Shown here in pieces: positions 8,520 to 19,100 of a stretch of 64,000 bases of DNA. The DNA comes from a virus. Taxonomy: Duplodnaviria; Caudoviricetes. The position numbers and the translations under genes were made by a program. The stretch is taken from positions 1 to 64,000 of the IMG/VR virus record IMGVR_UViG_3300042546_000893, one strand, 5' to 3'. Under the pieces are notes generated by a model. That model ran no database searches, had not been told where the DNA came from, and saw nothing but the letters and a program-made list of their open reading frames with translations. Every line of letters starts with the position of its first letter. Position 1 is the stretch's first letter.

Positions 8520-10616
8520 ATGATTGACTTTCCAACTTTGTTTCCGAGTCTTGTTAAATACATCCCGAACTGGATGGAAAAGTTCTATCCTCGCATAGCA
8601 CAATTCGCACGGGGTGAGGGATATCCCTGTGGCAATAAAGGGGTTTTTATCCCGCGTCGTAATAAGTGTTGGACGCATCCCAAAACGGGTAATAGACTCA
8701 AGCAACCTCTGACTTATCAAAAGTATCAAGAGGCTAAAGAAAAGAGTCAGAAAAGCCGTACAGAAGCGGGTAGAACGGCTTTACAAAACCGTGAGCAAGG
8801 TTTTAAAGATAAGGCACGGGAGAAGGCTAAGGGGTGGCAGAATAAAACACCCGATTCAGGCGTAAGCGAGAGAGCGATCGCAGATATAGGAAAGGTTAAA
8901 TCTGGACAGATATTGCTTAACGAAAAAGAGAGATACAGATTACAACATGACAGGGGGATGTATCTATTAAACGATCCAAAACTGTCAGCTAGACAGGGCG
9001 GAACATCAAAAAAACTAACCGAAAAAGAAGCTACGGATTTTCTGGCGGAACAGTACGAAAAAGGGGAAACCAAATACACGCCTAATAGAGAATACCTTGG
9101 CGGTGTTGGGCATAAGTTGTTTATAGATTCAAACACCCCAGAAGGAAAGGCTTTATTAGAGGCTGAGGAATTAGTTAAAAAAACTAAAAAAACTAGCTCA
9201 AATTATCGTGTTGCTGTAGATTTTAAAAATGTTGCTACAGTTGACTATATTGCAAAACGTTCAGCTAATTCGCCAACTAAAGAACAACAGGAATATAACA
9301 ATAAACAACCCGATAAAATTGAATTAGAAAAAGGTATGGGATTATCTGAAGGATGGAGGTCTGAGAATGCTAAAAGGCGTTACTCTGGCAAGTCTGAGGA
9401 TATAACCGCTCACAATGATGTTACTGGTATTCCCTGGAAAGTTACATCATCTAATGGCAGGGAAGATGTCATCGTGGGTGCAAAAGTGTCAGATAGTTAT
9501 GATGGAGAAAAAAGACAACTCACGCTGCACAAATCCGATGGCACTATGTCGTTTAGTCCTTTTGCTAAAAATGATAAAGAAAAAGAAAATAGAGCAAAAA
9601 GGTTAGTTAAAGAAATCACTCAGGGCAAATCCCAAAACGTTAACATTGACGATATCAATTCAATGATTGATAGTGGAAAGCTACCCAAACCATCCCTAAA
9701 TTCAACAGGGGTTAAGGGTGCGGGGGGTAAATCGGTTGATCAACAATATAAGGATATTATTGCTAAGTCGAAAGATCCAAAGGGAACAGAGGAAGAAGTA
9801 TCTATAGCATTAATGCGGGGGCTTCCTGATTTTCACAGAGATAATTATAACGAATATTCGACTGCAATAAAAAATAATACTGTTCCAAAAGGGTACGAAA
9901 GTCATTATCAATCGCAAGTCGATAGATTTAAGCCTGTTGTTGATAATGAAGACTTTATAAATGAGAGACGAAAAAAAGCAATAAAAGGGGATTATGAAAC
10001 AGAAGGAGAGGCGAGGGTTTATGTTCTTAATAAGATGAAAGAAAAAGGCTATAAAGAGCATGAATATTATGATAGCCCTGATTACGAAAAGGATTACGAT
10101 AAATTAAAAGGCGTGATGAAAACGAAGGATGTTCCGCCGCCGTTGTCTGGAAGTGTACCAAGCAAGGATTTAAGAAAAACATTAAATCCTGGGGATAAAC
10201 TCTTTGTTAAGTCTTACGTTTCAGAAAGATTGAGTAATCCGTCTGATTATAAAATTGCGGATGGAGGGGAAGTTTTAAAAGTTAATATTAAAAATGCAAA
10301 AGTTAGAAATAGAGGAACCTCTTTAAACGGGAAGCCTTACGATGTTGAAGGTGTGGCTACTCTTGATGAGATTTCCCACATTATCCGAGATGGTAAACGT
10401 TACAAAGTAGATGATTCTGATAGTTCCCCTAATGACTTAGGAGTACAAGAGAAGGCAACTACCAAGAGACGCACTAAGAAAAAAGACTTTAATTCTAATC
10501 TTAAACTCGCTCAATTTGCAAAACCAGGATGCTGTTGTGATGCCTCCAAACCTTTAAGACGCCGGAAAACAAAGCAAACCCCTAGACTGAAAAGAAGGGG
10601 GACTCGATATGCTTGA
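8520..10616 (+). CDS. Large Lys-rich protein, putative head-packaged multi-domain protein
   Basis: AQF then YPCG..FIPRRNKCW near N-terminus; AQF, CCC and basic tail at C-terminus; inserted among neck genes. Confidence 0.6.
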   Translation: MIDFPTLFPSLVKYIPNWMEKFYPRIAQFARGEGYPCGNKGVFIPRRNKCWTHPKTGNRLKQPLTYQKYQEAKEKSQKSRTEAGRTALQNREQGFKDKAREKAKGWQNKTPDSGVSERAIADIGKVKSGQILLNEKERYRLQHDRGMYLLNDPKLSARQGGTSKKLTEKEATDFLAEQYEKGETKYTPNREYLGGVGHKLFIDSNTPEGKALLEAEELVKKTKKTSSNYRVAVDFKNVATVDYIAKRSANSPTKEQQEYNNKQPDKIELEKGMGLSEGWRSENAKRRYSGKSEDITAHNDVTGIPWKVTSSNGREDVIVGAKVSDSYDGEKRQLTLHKSDGTMSFSPFAKNDKEKENRAKRLVKEITQGKSQNVNIDDINSMIDSGKLPKPSLNSTGVKGAGGKSVDQQYKDIIAKSKDPKGTEEEVSIALMRGLPDFHRDNYNEYSTAIKNNTVPKGYESHYQSQVDRFKPVVDNEDFINERRKKAIKGDYETEGEARVYVLNKMKEKGYKEHEYYDSPDYEKDYDKLKGVMKTKDVPPPLSGSVPSKDLRKTLNPGDKLFVKSYVSERLSNPSDYKIADGGEVLKVNIKNAKVRNRGTSLNGKPYDVEGVATLDEISHIIRDGKRYKVDDSDSSPNDLGVQEKATTKRRTKKKDFNSNLKLAQFAKPGCCCDASKPLRRRKTKQTPRLKRRGTRYA

Positions 10617-11055
10617 TCCTATATGTCTTAAATTAGCTAAATATTTGCAGGAGTGGTTAAATTCTGAACTTAAAAAGATTGACCCCAATCTGATCGCGTG
10701 TCGGGATACAGTTTGTTATGATGCCGTCAATCCTGACTTATCGCGGTTTCCATTACTCAAAGTTTATCGGTTATCTGACAACTTTGAGTATGGACACCCG
10801 AAAAGCCAAACCAGCTTTGTAATTTCCTATTGCCTATCATTCCCAGATCAGGAGCTTTTGCCGGGCATTTTGAGATGGGTTAGTTGGCAATTAAACGAAG
10901 CTCTAACTCAGTGGAAAGAGTCTAAGAACTGTTCCCCAATCATAGCACAAGGAGGCTTTAGATCCGAGTATAGAATCATGGTAAATGAACTATCTCAACC
11001 TGTCTATGCTTTCTTGCGTTTTAGCTTTACGGGAATTGATTATTTAGAGGATTAA
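10609..11055 (+). CDS. Putative tail terminator/neck protein
   Basis: 148 aa with FPLLKVYR; immediately before tail tube. Confidence 0.5.
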   Translation: MLDPICLKLAKYLQEWLNSELKKIDPNLIACRDTVCYDAVNPDLSRFPLLKVYRLSDNFEYGHPKSQTSFVISYCLSFPDQELLPGILRWVSWQLNEALTQWKESKNCSPIIAQGGFRSEYRIMVNELSQPVYAFLRFSFTGIDYLED

Positions 11056-11059
11056 AACA

Positions 11060-11866
11060 ATGCAGTCACAACGCGATGCGGTAACTTTTCAATTTGTTGC
11101 TTCTACCAATGCAACCCTGAGAGATTTAAAAACCGGATTAATTTATAACTGGAAAACTCCATCAAACATCACCATTAACCCTAACCGCCAAACTCGGAAA
11201 ACAACCCGACGCAACAACTTAGGGGAAAACATCACCGATGACATCTTGGTGCAAAGCTCCGACCCCGTGGCAACACTAACCTACTCAGGTTTTAACTTCG
11301 AGATGATGGCGTTTGCTATGGGCAAAAAACTTGAGAGTGGTACTTATGACGTCACCCAACCCTTTCAAGTTCAAGCTAAGACTGCTACCTATGCGGCTGC
11401 AACGACTGGACAGGTAGGCTTTGGTGTGGTAGCTGATGCTGAAACCTATGGCTCTAAAACTGATATCACAGGGGCTAAAAAATCAGTTCCTTTGACTCAA
11501 CAACCTTATGCTTCTTTTACAGCGACAACCGCCGATACTTTTGCTGTTGGTGCTAATCGGGCTTTGAAGTTTTCCGATAACTTAGTTGAAGCTGGGGCGT
11601 TTATCACCCTTTCAATTAGTCGGTCAATCACTGGCAATTCTATGGGTGATCCTTTAAACGCTCATGAGTTTTCTGGTTTAGTTGTCGGGACTGACAAACG
11701 GGTAATGATTATATTTATCCCAGAGGTGATTATTGACCCATCTCAAGGTCAGTTTGATCCTAGCTCTGAACAGCTACAAATCCCCATGCAGATCATCCAA
11801 CCCCTTGACTGGTGCGACCCGTTCAAACTAATTGACACCGCCGAAACCGTTTACTGTGCAGCTTAA
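11060..11866 (+). CDS. Major tail tube protein
   Basis: Thr/Ala-rich beta protein; precedes chaperone pair and tape measure. Confidence 0.65.
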   Translation: MQSQRDAVTFQFVASTNATLRDLKTGLIYNWKTPSNITINPNRQTRKTTRRNNLGENITDDILVQSSDPVATLTYSGFNFEMMAFAMGKKLESGTYDVTQPFQVQAKTATYAAATTGQVGFGVVADAETYGSKTDITGAKKSVPLTQQPYASFTATTADTFAVGANRALKFSDNLVEAGAFITLSISRSITGNSMGDPLNAHEFSGLVVGTDKRVMIIFIPEVIIDPSQGQFDPSSEQLQIPMQIIQPLDWCDPFKLIDTAETVYCAA

Positions 11867-11870
11867 AAAT

Positions 11871-12386
11871 ATGACTGAAATTAAAAAAAGACAACCCAGA
11901 CGGACGGCAACAGTTAGCTATTACGATCCGATAACAGGGGAATTTATCACCTCTGAATTAATCACGGCTGCACCCTTTGTTAAATGGGGAAAAATTGCAG
12001 AAATTCAGAAGTTAATCCTTGAATTATATGTTGAGATTGGGGGATCTATTGGTGACTTATTTTGCCATGAAACCTTTATCCCATTGTGTCAACAATTATC
12101 AACATTAATTCCGGTTGTCGGTCAAACCCGCCCGATTGATTTTCAGGCTTTAGTTGATGCCGATGACTGGCCCCAAATTACCCGACTATTTGTTACCACG
12201 TCCTACGATGACGCTGGTAATCGAGATGTTGACGCTAAAGGCGAAGCCACGCTAATCGAACCCGGAACAATAGCGGATCTGCACAATCTCAATTTTTTGC
12301 AAATCCTAGTGGACAAAGAGAGGGAACGGCAGAAAATACGGGAGAAGGAACTCGCCGAATTAGAAGCAGTGGAAGTTACGAAATAG
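11871..12386 (+). CDS. Tail assembly chaperone (G-like)
   Basis: ATG 11871; position; slippery TTTTTTG at 12293-12299. Confidence 0.7.
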   Translation: MTEIKKRQPRRTATVSYYDPITGEFITSELITAAPFVKWGKIAEIQKLILELYVEIGGSIGDLFCHETFIPLCQQLSTLIPVVGQTRPIDFQALVDADDWPQITRLFVTTSYDDAGNRDVDAKGEATLIEPGTIADLHNLNFLQILVDKERERQKIREKELAELEAVEVTK

Positions 12387-12670
12387 ACCTATTAGCTCAG
12401 TTAGTAGAAGCCTACGAACCTCAAGGAGCGATCGCCCTCTCGAAAGAGTATCCGGCTGAGTTTCTTGAGTGTTTGTTGTTCCAAACTGTTGAACATCGGA
12501 TGAGCGACGAGGATCGGGCAAAACGTCAAGCTGAGGAAACTTTGAAAGGTCAAAAAGCCGATCTCCTAAAACGGGAATTGAGGATCTCAATCTCAGGGGA
12601 ACGGATGCCACGGATTCTGTCTATGGCTTCATTCTTTCCAGATGCCAACACGGGGGAAAATGGGGATTAA
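12293..12670 (+). CDS. -1 frameshift extension of tail chaperone (GT-like)
   Basis: -1 frame open from the heptamer through ...IDLLAQLVEAYEP...MSDEDRAK... to TAA 12670. Confidence 0.7.
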   Translation, partial: FFANPSGQREGTAENTGEGTRRIRSSGSYEIDLLAQLVEAYEPQGAIALSKEYPAEFLECLLFQTVEHRMSDEDRAKRQAEETLKGQKADLLKRELRISISGERMPRILSMASFFPDANTGENGD

Positions 12671-13121
12671 ACTTAGCATTGATTCATCAGAAATCAACAA
12701 AGAAATTAAACGGATTGCAGGGTTTAAACTCAGGGCGGAAGATATCACCGCCGCCGCCCCCGCGATTCGTTTGATGATGCAAGAAGATGTAGATACCCGT
12801 TTCAATAACGCCCCATTAACAGAAGTTGGAGGGGATGTTTACGGGGGTGTTGAATGGCGATCACTCTCGGAATCTTATCTAGTCCAAAACCCTAGACGTT
12901 ATGGGGGTCAAATCCTTAGAGACACGGGAGAACTTCAACAGTCATTAACAGCCGAGGGTCATCCCTACGGTGTTTTTGAAGTCACTGAATCACAGATAGT
13001 ATTTGGGACAGCATTAGCCAAAGCCTCTCGATTACAACGTGATTTTCCGTTTATATTCTGGCATCCAATCTTATTAGAAAAGATTGCCAATTATTTAGTT
13101 AACTGGGTACAGGGAGGTTAA
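12660..13121 (+). CDS. Virion morphogenesis/tail completion protein (Mu gpG / P2 S-like)
   Basis: WRSLSESY...ILRDTGELQQSL...FGT motif. Confidence 0.75.
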   Translation: MGIKLSIDSSEINKEIKRIAGFKLRAEDITAAAPAIRLMMQEDVDTRFNNAPLTEVGGDVYGGVEWRSLSESYLVQNPRRYGGQILRDTGELQQSLTAEGHPYGVFEVTESQIVFGTALAKASRLQRDFPFIFWHPILLEKIANYLVNWVQGG

Positions 13122-13125
13122 AACA

Positions 13126-16100
13126 ATGGCAGACGCAACCGCTAGTTTAAAGTTAGGCTTAATTGATGATGGATTTGTTGCTGGTGTTTCAAGTGCATCA
13201 ACTCAATTAACAAGTTTACAACTAGCTTCCACTGCGGTTGGTGCTGCCCTTCCCTTGCTTGAGAAAGGGTTAAGAGCTAATGCTACTCAATATTTATTGG
13301 GATCTAAAAATGCCGAACTCTTAGCAACAAATCTCGGTAAAATTGTTAACTCCAACAAAGAACTAGGAAGTCTATTAGGCAAGGCATCAAACATTGGATA
13401 TTATGCGCTACAACTTACTACTTTAGCTAAGGGTGCGTCCGATGCCTACACTACCCTAAACAGGATTCCAGAAGCATTAGAACAAATGAATCGGTCGGGA
13501 GTTAGTACCGATTCCATTCAAGGGTTTATGACTCTAAGGGATGCTATATCAGGTAGTCAAGTTGCGGTTGAAAGTTTTGCTCAGGTAGCTGTTGCCAAAC
13601 TCAACGCCGTTGAGAGTGCGTCCGCAAGGGTTGGGACTATCCTTAAATCCTCCACTGAGTTTACAGAATCGGGGACGGCAAGACGGGCAACGGCTACCGA
13701 CTTAAATAAAAACAGGAAACAGATCCAAAAGTTACTCAGGGATAAATTAGATAATGCTGTCACCACAACCGACGCATTACTCGGACAATATGAAGTTTTG
13801 TCTGGGGGTTTTACTTCTGAAAAAACATCTCAACAGGTTGCAGAATCTGGCTTTAAATTATTAGGAATTGCCAAAGCAGGGGGTCAAGCTGCCGATCCTA
13901 CTGCCACACTTCAGTTATTGACAAAAACCCTCCGGGCTTATGGTTTAGAAGCATCTCAAGCTAACAGAGTTTCGGCTATTTTAAATGGTACGGTAGAAAA
14001 TGGGATTACCACGATTCAAGAATTATCCCAAACTTTCGGACAGGCTTCTCAAGTAGCTAAAACCGCAGGGATTAGTATTGAAGATTTAGCCGCAGCAACG
14101 GCAGTCTTAACCGCCCAAGGTACATCAACACCCGTGGCATTAACAGGTATTCAGGCTTTAGCTAGAAGTATTATTGATAAAACACCCGAAGCTGCAAAAG
14201 AGATCGCTAAACTACGAGATAAAGAAGGAAACCGGATTAGATTTGATATTAGAGAAGTTCAGCAAAAAGGGCTGGCAAAATCAGTTCAAGATATTTTTGA
14301 AGCGACGGGGGGAGATCAAACCAAGTTAGCTCAAATCCTACCAGATACCCTAGCTTATCGGACGGCGTTAGGTTTAAATTCCAACAAAGGACAGGACTTT
14401 ACAAATGTCACAGCAAACATCAAAGCTAACGCCAACGTCACCAGTTTAGACGAAGTTTTTAAGGGTGCTACCGATGACAAGATTTCTAGGTTTCAAAAGA
14501 TAGCCAACCGCTTTGAAGAAACAATAATCCAGTTAGGAGAATCATTAGCACCTGTATTTGAACCTGGACTTAAATATTTAGAACAGGCAAGTAAATTAGT
14601 TGCCAATATTCCCGACCCGATTAAGAAGGCTATCGGTGCTTATCTATCATTTCAAATTCAAACTAAAACGGTCGGATTAGCATTCAAACAACTATCGGGC
14701 GCTGTAATTTCTGTACTCGGTAACTTTGCTTTACTGCGAGTCATTAACTTGGTAATCACAGGTCAATTTGGTAAACAAGTTGCCGTGATTAAAGATTTAA
14801 TCTTACAGAAGAAAGGACTCGGTGCAGTTGTTAAGCAATTGTTAGGATTTGATCAATCTCGATTATTAGTAACTAAAGAAGCAACGGACGCTATTGTTAA
14901 AGAAGGGGTAATTCAAAAAACCGTAAACGCTGCCAGAGAACAAGCTAACAATATTATTAAAAAGAATATTAAGGGATTTGTTGACCAAACAGAAGTAGTT
15001 AAAAATAGCGGTGTAGTAATCAATAGCACTAAGGGTAAATTTGCTGAATTTGTTGAGGCAATCAAAGGTACAACGGTTGGCAAAAAGATTGAGGAAATCA
15101 CAGGAAAGTTTTCGGGTCAAAAAGCTGCAATTCAAGAATTAACCAAAAAGACGCAGGAATATTTTAATACCCTTAAAAATACAGCAGGTGAAGGGATTGA
15201 AAAAATAAAAAGCCCTCAACCGTCTGAGATGGATCGGCAAGTTGAAGCCTATGCTGCCAAAAGACGCGCTGAAATAGAGAAAAACATCCCAGATTCCCCC
15301 GATAGTTTTGGGGAAATGTTAGAGGTAGACCCCGAAGCAAAAAGGGAAACCAGACGGCGGGAATTATTGGCAGAACGGGAACGCAGAAATAAGATTAGAC
15401 GGCAACAAAGGTTAGACAGTTTAATCCCAGACACAGAAGGGAAAACCTTTGGCGAAAGTTTTGGTATTGATTTACCCTTTGGAGACTTTGCAGAAATAGA
15501 AAATAGAGAAGCTAAAAACAAGCGTCGGCAGTTATTAGAAGATATCAGAACTAGACGGGCTGCCAGAGATGCGGGGGTTGCGTCTGTTGCCTCTAATGCC
15601 GTCGGTGATGGGTTATCCTTTGGTGATTTTCTGTCGGGTGGCGGTGATGCTCCGAGAGTAGATCGGGATTCATTGAGAGATCGGGCTGCGGGTCGGGGTT
15701 TTGGTAACTTAAACAGAACCAGGGAACGGTCGGCTATAGCTTCGCGTGCCATTGCTTCTCAGGTGTCTTTATTTGAATCCTTAAAATCTGTCTCAGGTAG
15801 TGCGTTCTCAGCTATTGGTAAGGGTGTCAAGTCTAGTTTTGGACTAATTATTGAGTTAGCCGGGGGAGCTATCACGGCACTCGGCCCTATTGTTCCATTA
15901 GGTTTGGCTATTGGTGCGGCGTTTGCACTTGCGGGCAAAGAAATTATTCATATTTTCGGCGGCGGTACTGCCAATAAAATCAGCAAAGGCATTGACGAGA
16001 TAACTAAGGCACTCAAGGAATTAGAAAAGGAATCTGGAAAGGATGGGGCTTTATTGGAGTTTAAAGCCAATCTAGTTGCACTCTCGGAATCCAACACCGG

Positions 16101-19100
16101 AAACGCCGACGCACTCGATCCCCTCAAAAACAAATTAAACGAATTAAAAGAAGCTGGCAATCTTACCTCTGGACAATTCGCAACTATGTCCAAGGCTATG
16201 CAAAAAGCAGGGGAAGACGGAAAAGTCACGGCTCAGGAATTATCTATCTTACAGAATCAAATCGAGGCTTTCAGAGCAGGCGCACCGGGTGAAATTGAGA
16301 AGGGAATTGGTGATCGGATTGGCGAGGTTTTTTCGCTAGAGGGTTTAGGGAAAGCTACTAATTTTATAGGAAATCTTAACGCTGCGGTTATCACTACCCT
16401 TTACAACCCGTGGAAAGGTATTACGACTATTGACGAAGCTAACGCTAACCGAGAAGGCGATCGCTTAATCAAGATGCAATCTAAACTCAGAAACGAGATT
16501 TTAAATGAAGTTGGTGACAATACCACTGACACAATTAAACAAACTAAAGAACTTAACGCTGGTTTATTCCAAACAGAGGAAGCCAGAAAATTAGCATCAA
16601 AAGGATCACAAGTTCAGGGTGTTGTTCTGGAAAAAGAGAATAAGGAAACTAATGATTTAATTAAAGCCAACGAACTCTTAATATCTGGTTATCAATCCCA
16701 ACAGAAAGAACGACAAAAACTACTTGATGAGACTACAGACACAGGATTAAAGGAACAAATAAAAGGTCAATTTGATAATGCTCAAAATCAAATTGATAAC
16801 CTTCAAAAACGTACAGAGGCGTTAAAACAAGCTAGGGAACAAATCACCAAATATTATAATGAGACTCTACCAGTATTACAGCAAGCGGTGGTAGCTTCGT
16901 CTGTTAATCCATTAGAGGGAAATAACGCTTTAGATGATGCCTTCTCAGTGTTTAAAGAAAAATATATTGACAAGGGTAAAGTATTTTTAAAAGATGTCCA
17001 ACAGCAAAGAACTGAAGGGCAAGCGGTACTAGATCAAATCCTGCAAAACTATGACCGGAATCTATTAAAAAGTGGTGATGTTGCCAACAAAGTTAAAGAT
17101 GTTTTAGATAAGTCATTTATTACCTTAACCAAGGATGGAAAACAGATTAAGGGTTCTATTTTTGATATTGATACCCAGAAAAATTTAATCAGTCAAATCG
17201 CCCAATTTAGCTCTCAAGCGACGGCAGAAAGAATCTCCCAAATTGAGTTAGAATCTTCTACCGCAGTAACAGCCGGACAACTCCGTCAAGCCACAGAGGA
17301 AGATGTTATTAAGAAAACCTCTGGACTGCAACAGGAAAAACTAGGGTTACAGAAAAAACAACTTGAGTCAGAAATTGAACTCCGTTTACAATATGGAATC
17401 AAAGTTACCGACCTAGAGAATCAACTTAAACAGACAAACCTTGAGATTGCACAAGCTGAATTTAATGAACGGGAAAAGCTAATTCAGAAGCGATTAGAGC
17501 GTCAAATTCAGGCTATGGAAACCGAGAAAACCTTGATTTCTGCACAAGTAGCTGAACGGGGTTTGTCTGAAGAAGATGCTCAGACAAAAATGGCGGGTTT
17601 GCAGATTAAAGAATCTAAATTAAGAGCCGATGAATTAAAGCGTCAACTTGACCAATTCAAAGCTAACGGGGTTAAAAATGTAGAACTTGAGAATGAATAC
17701 GCACAAGCTAGAAACCAAATTAGAGGAGCCGAAGCTAAGGAAAAAGAGCGATTAATTCAACAGGAATTGCAGGAGAAAATCAAATCTTTAGATATTGAAC
17801 AATTGGCGGTTGAAGTCGGACTTTCTGAACGTACAACATCAGAAAAGAGTGCTCAAAATGCAATTAGTAAATATCGAATTGATCAAGAAAAACTAAAGTT
17901 AGCAGAATTAGATCGGCAATTAGAGGAATTAAAATCTAATGGCAGTAAGTCAGTTTCTTTAGAACAAGAGACTGCGATCGCTCGCTCTCGCGTTAGAAAA
18001 ATGGAGGCAGACGAAAAAAACCGAGTAGAAGATTTGGATTTTGAAACCCAGAAAAAACAACTTGAGAATGAGAACCAACGGGCGGGATTAAGAAGACAGG
18101 CTTTAGAATCTGAATATGACTTACTCCAAAAACAAGCGCAACTTGTAGAAGCCATCACCAGCAGTAGGAATCAATTAGCTGACACTGAATCGCGTTATGT
18201 GCAATCACAGCTACAGAACCAAGCTAAGTTAACCCGTGACCCATTAAAACAAGCTGAAATTGAATTAAGAATAATTAAAGAAAGGGAAGTTGATTTAGTT
18301 CGGACTCAAAAAGCTGAATTAGAAAGTTTGGCTACCCGTCAAAAACTTGCAGATTTGGATTTAAAGCGTCAAGTTTTCCAGATTCAATCACAAAAACTTG
18401 AGGCGGAATCCCAGGCTCAAATCCTAAAATTTGAACTAGAAAGGGCAACCAGGCAAAAGAGATCGCCCGAAGAAATTGAGGCGATTAAACTTCAAATTCA
18501 AGGGAATAAACAACGGACTGAATCACTTACTCAACAACTAAACTTAACGGGTCAACAAATAAACCAACAGGGAGAAATAAACAAGAATGAACAAAAACGA
18601 GTTAGATTAACCCAACAGATTGAATCAGAGAATGCCAAAATTGAAAAGAAATTAGCCAAGCAAAAACTGATACAGGAACAGATTGATAAAGCTACCAAGC
18701 CGTTTGTTTTAAGTCAGCAACAAATCCAACAGGGATATGATAAACAGACGGCTGCACTGGAAAAACAGAATACAATCTTTAGCTTTCAAAAACAATTAAT
18801 TGAGGCTAAACAACGGGCTATCAGTGACAGGTTGGGTATCGTTACCTCTGAACTGGGTTTAGCTTCCCAATTAATAGTTAACGATAAACAAAGACAGGTA
18901 TTAGCTCAGGCGACGGCTACGATCAAATTAAAGGCGTTAGATCAGCAACAAAAAGCTGAGCGCGAGGTCTTGTTGCTTAATCAACAGCAAGCTAAAGTTC
19001 AGCAACAGATTGATGCTATTAAATTAAAAGGGCAACAGGCTCAAAATAAAGCTGAGGTAGCGCAGGCACAAGCTGATTTGGCTAAACTCGAAGCGTCAGG

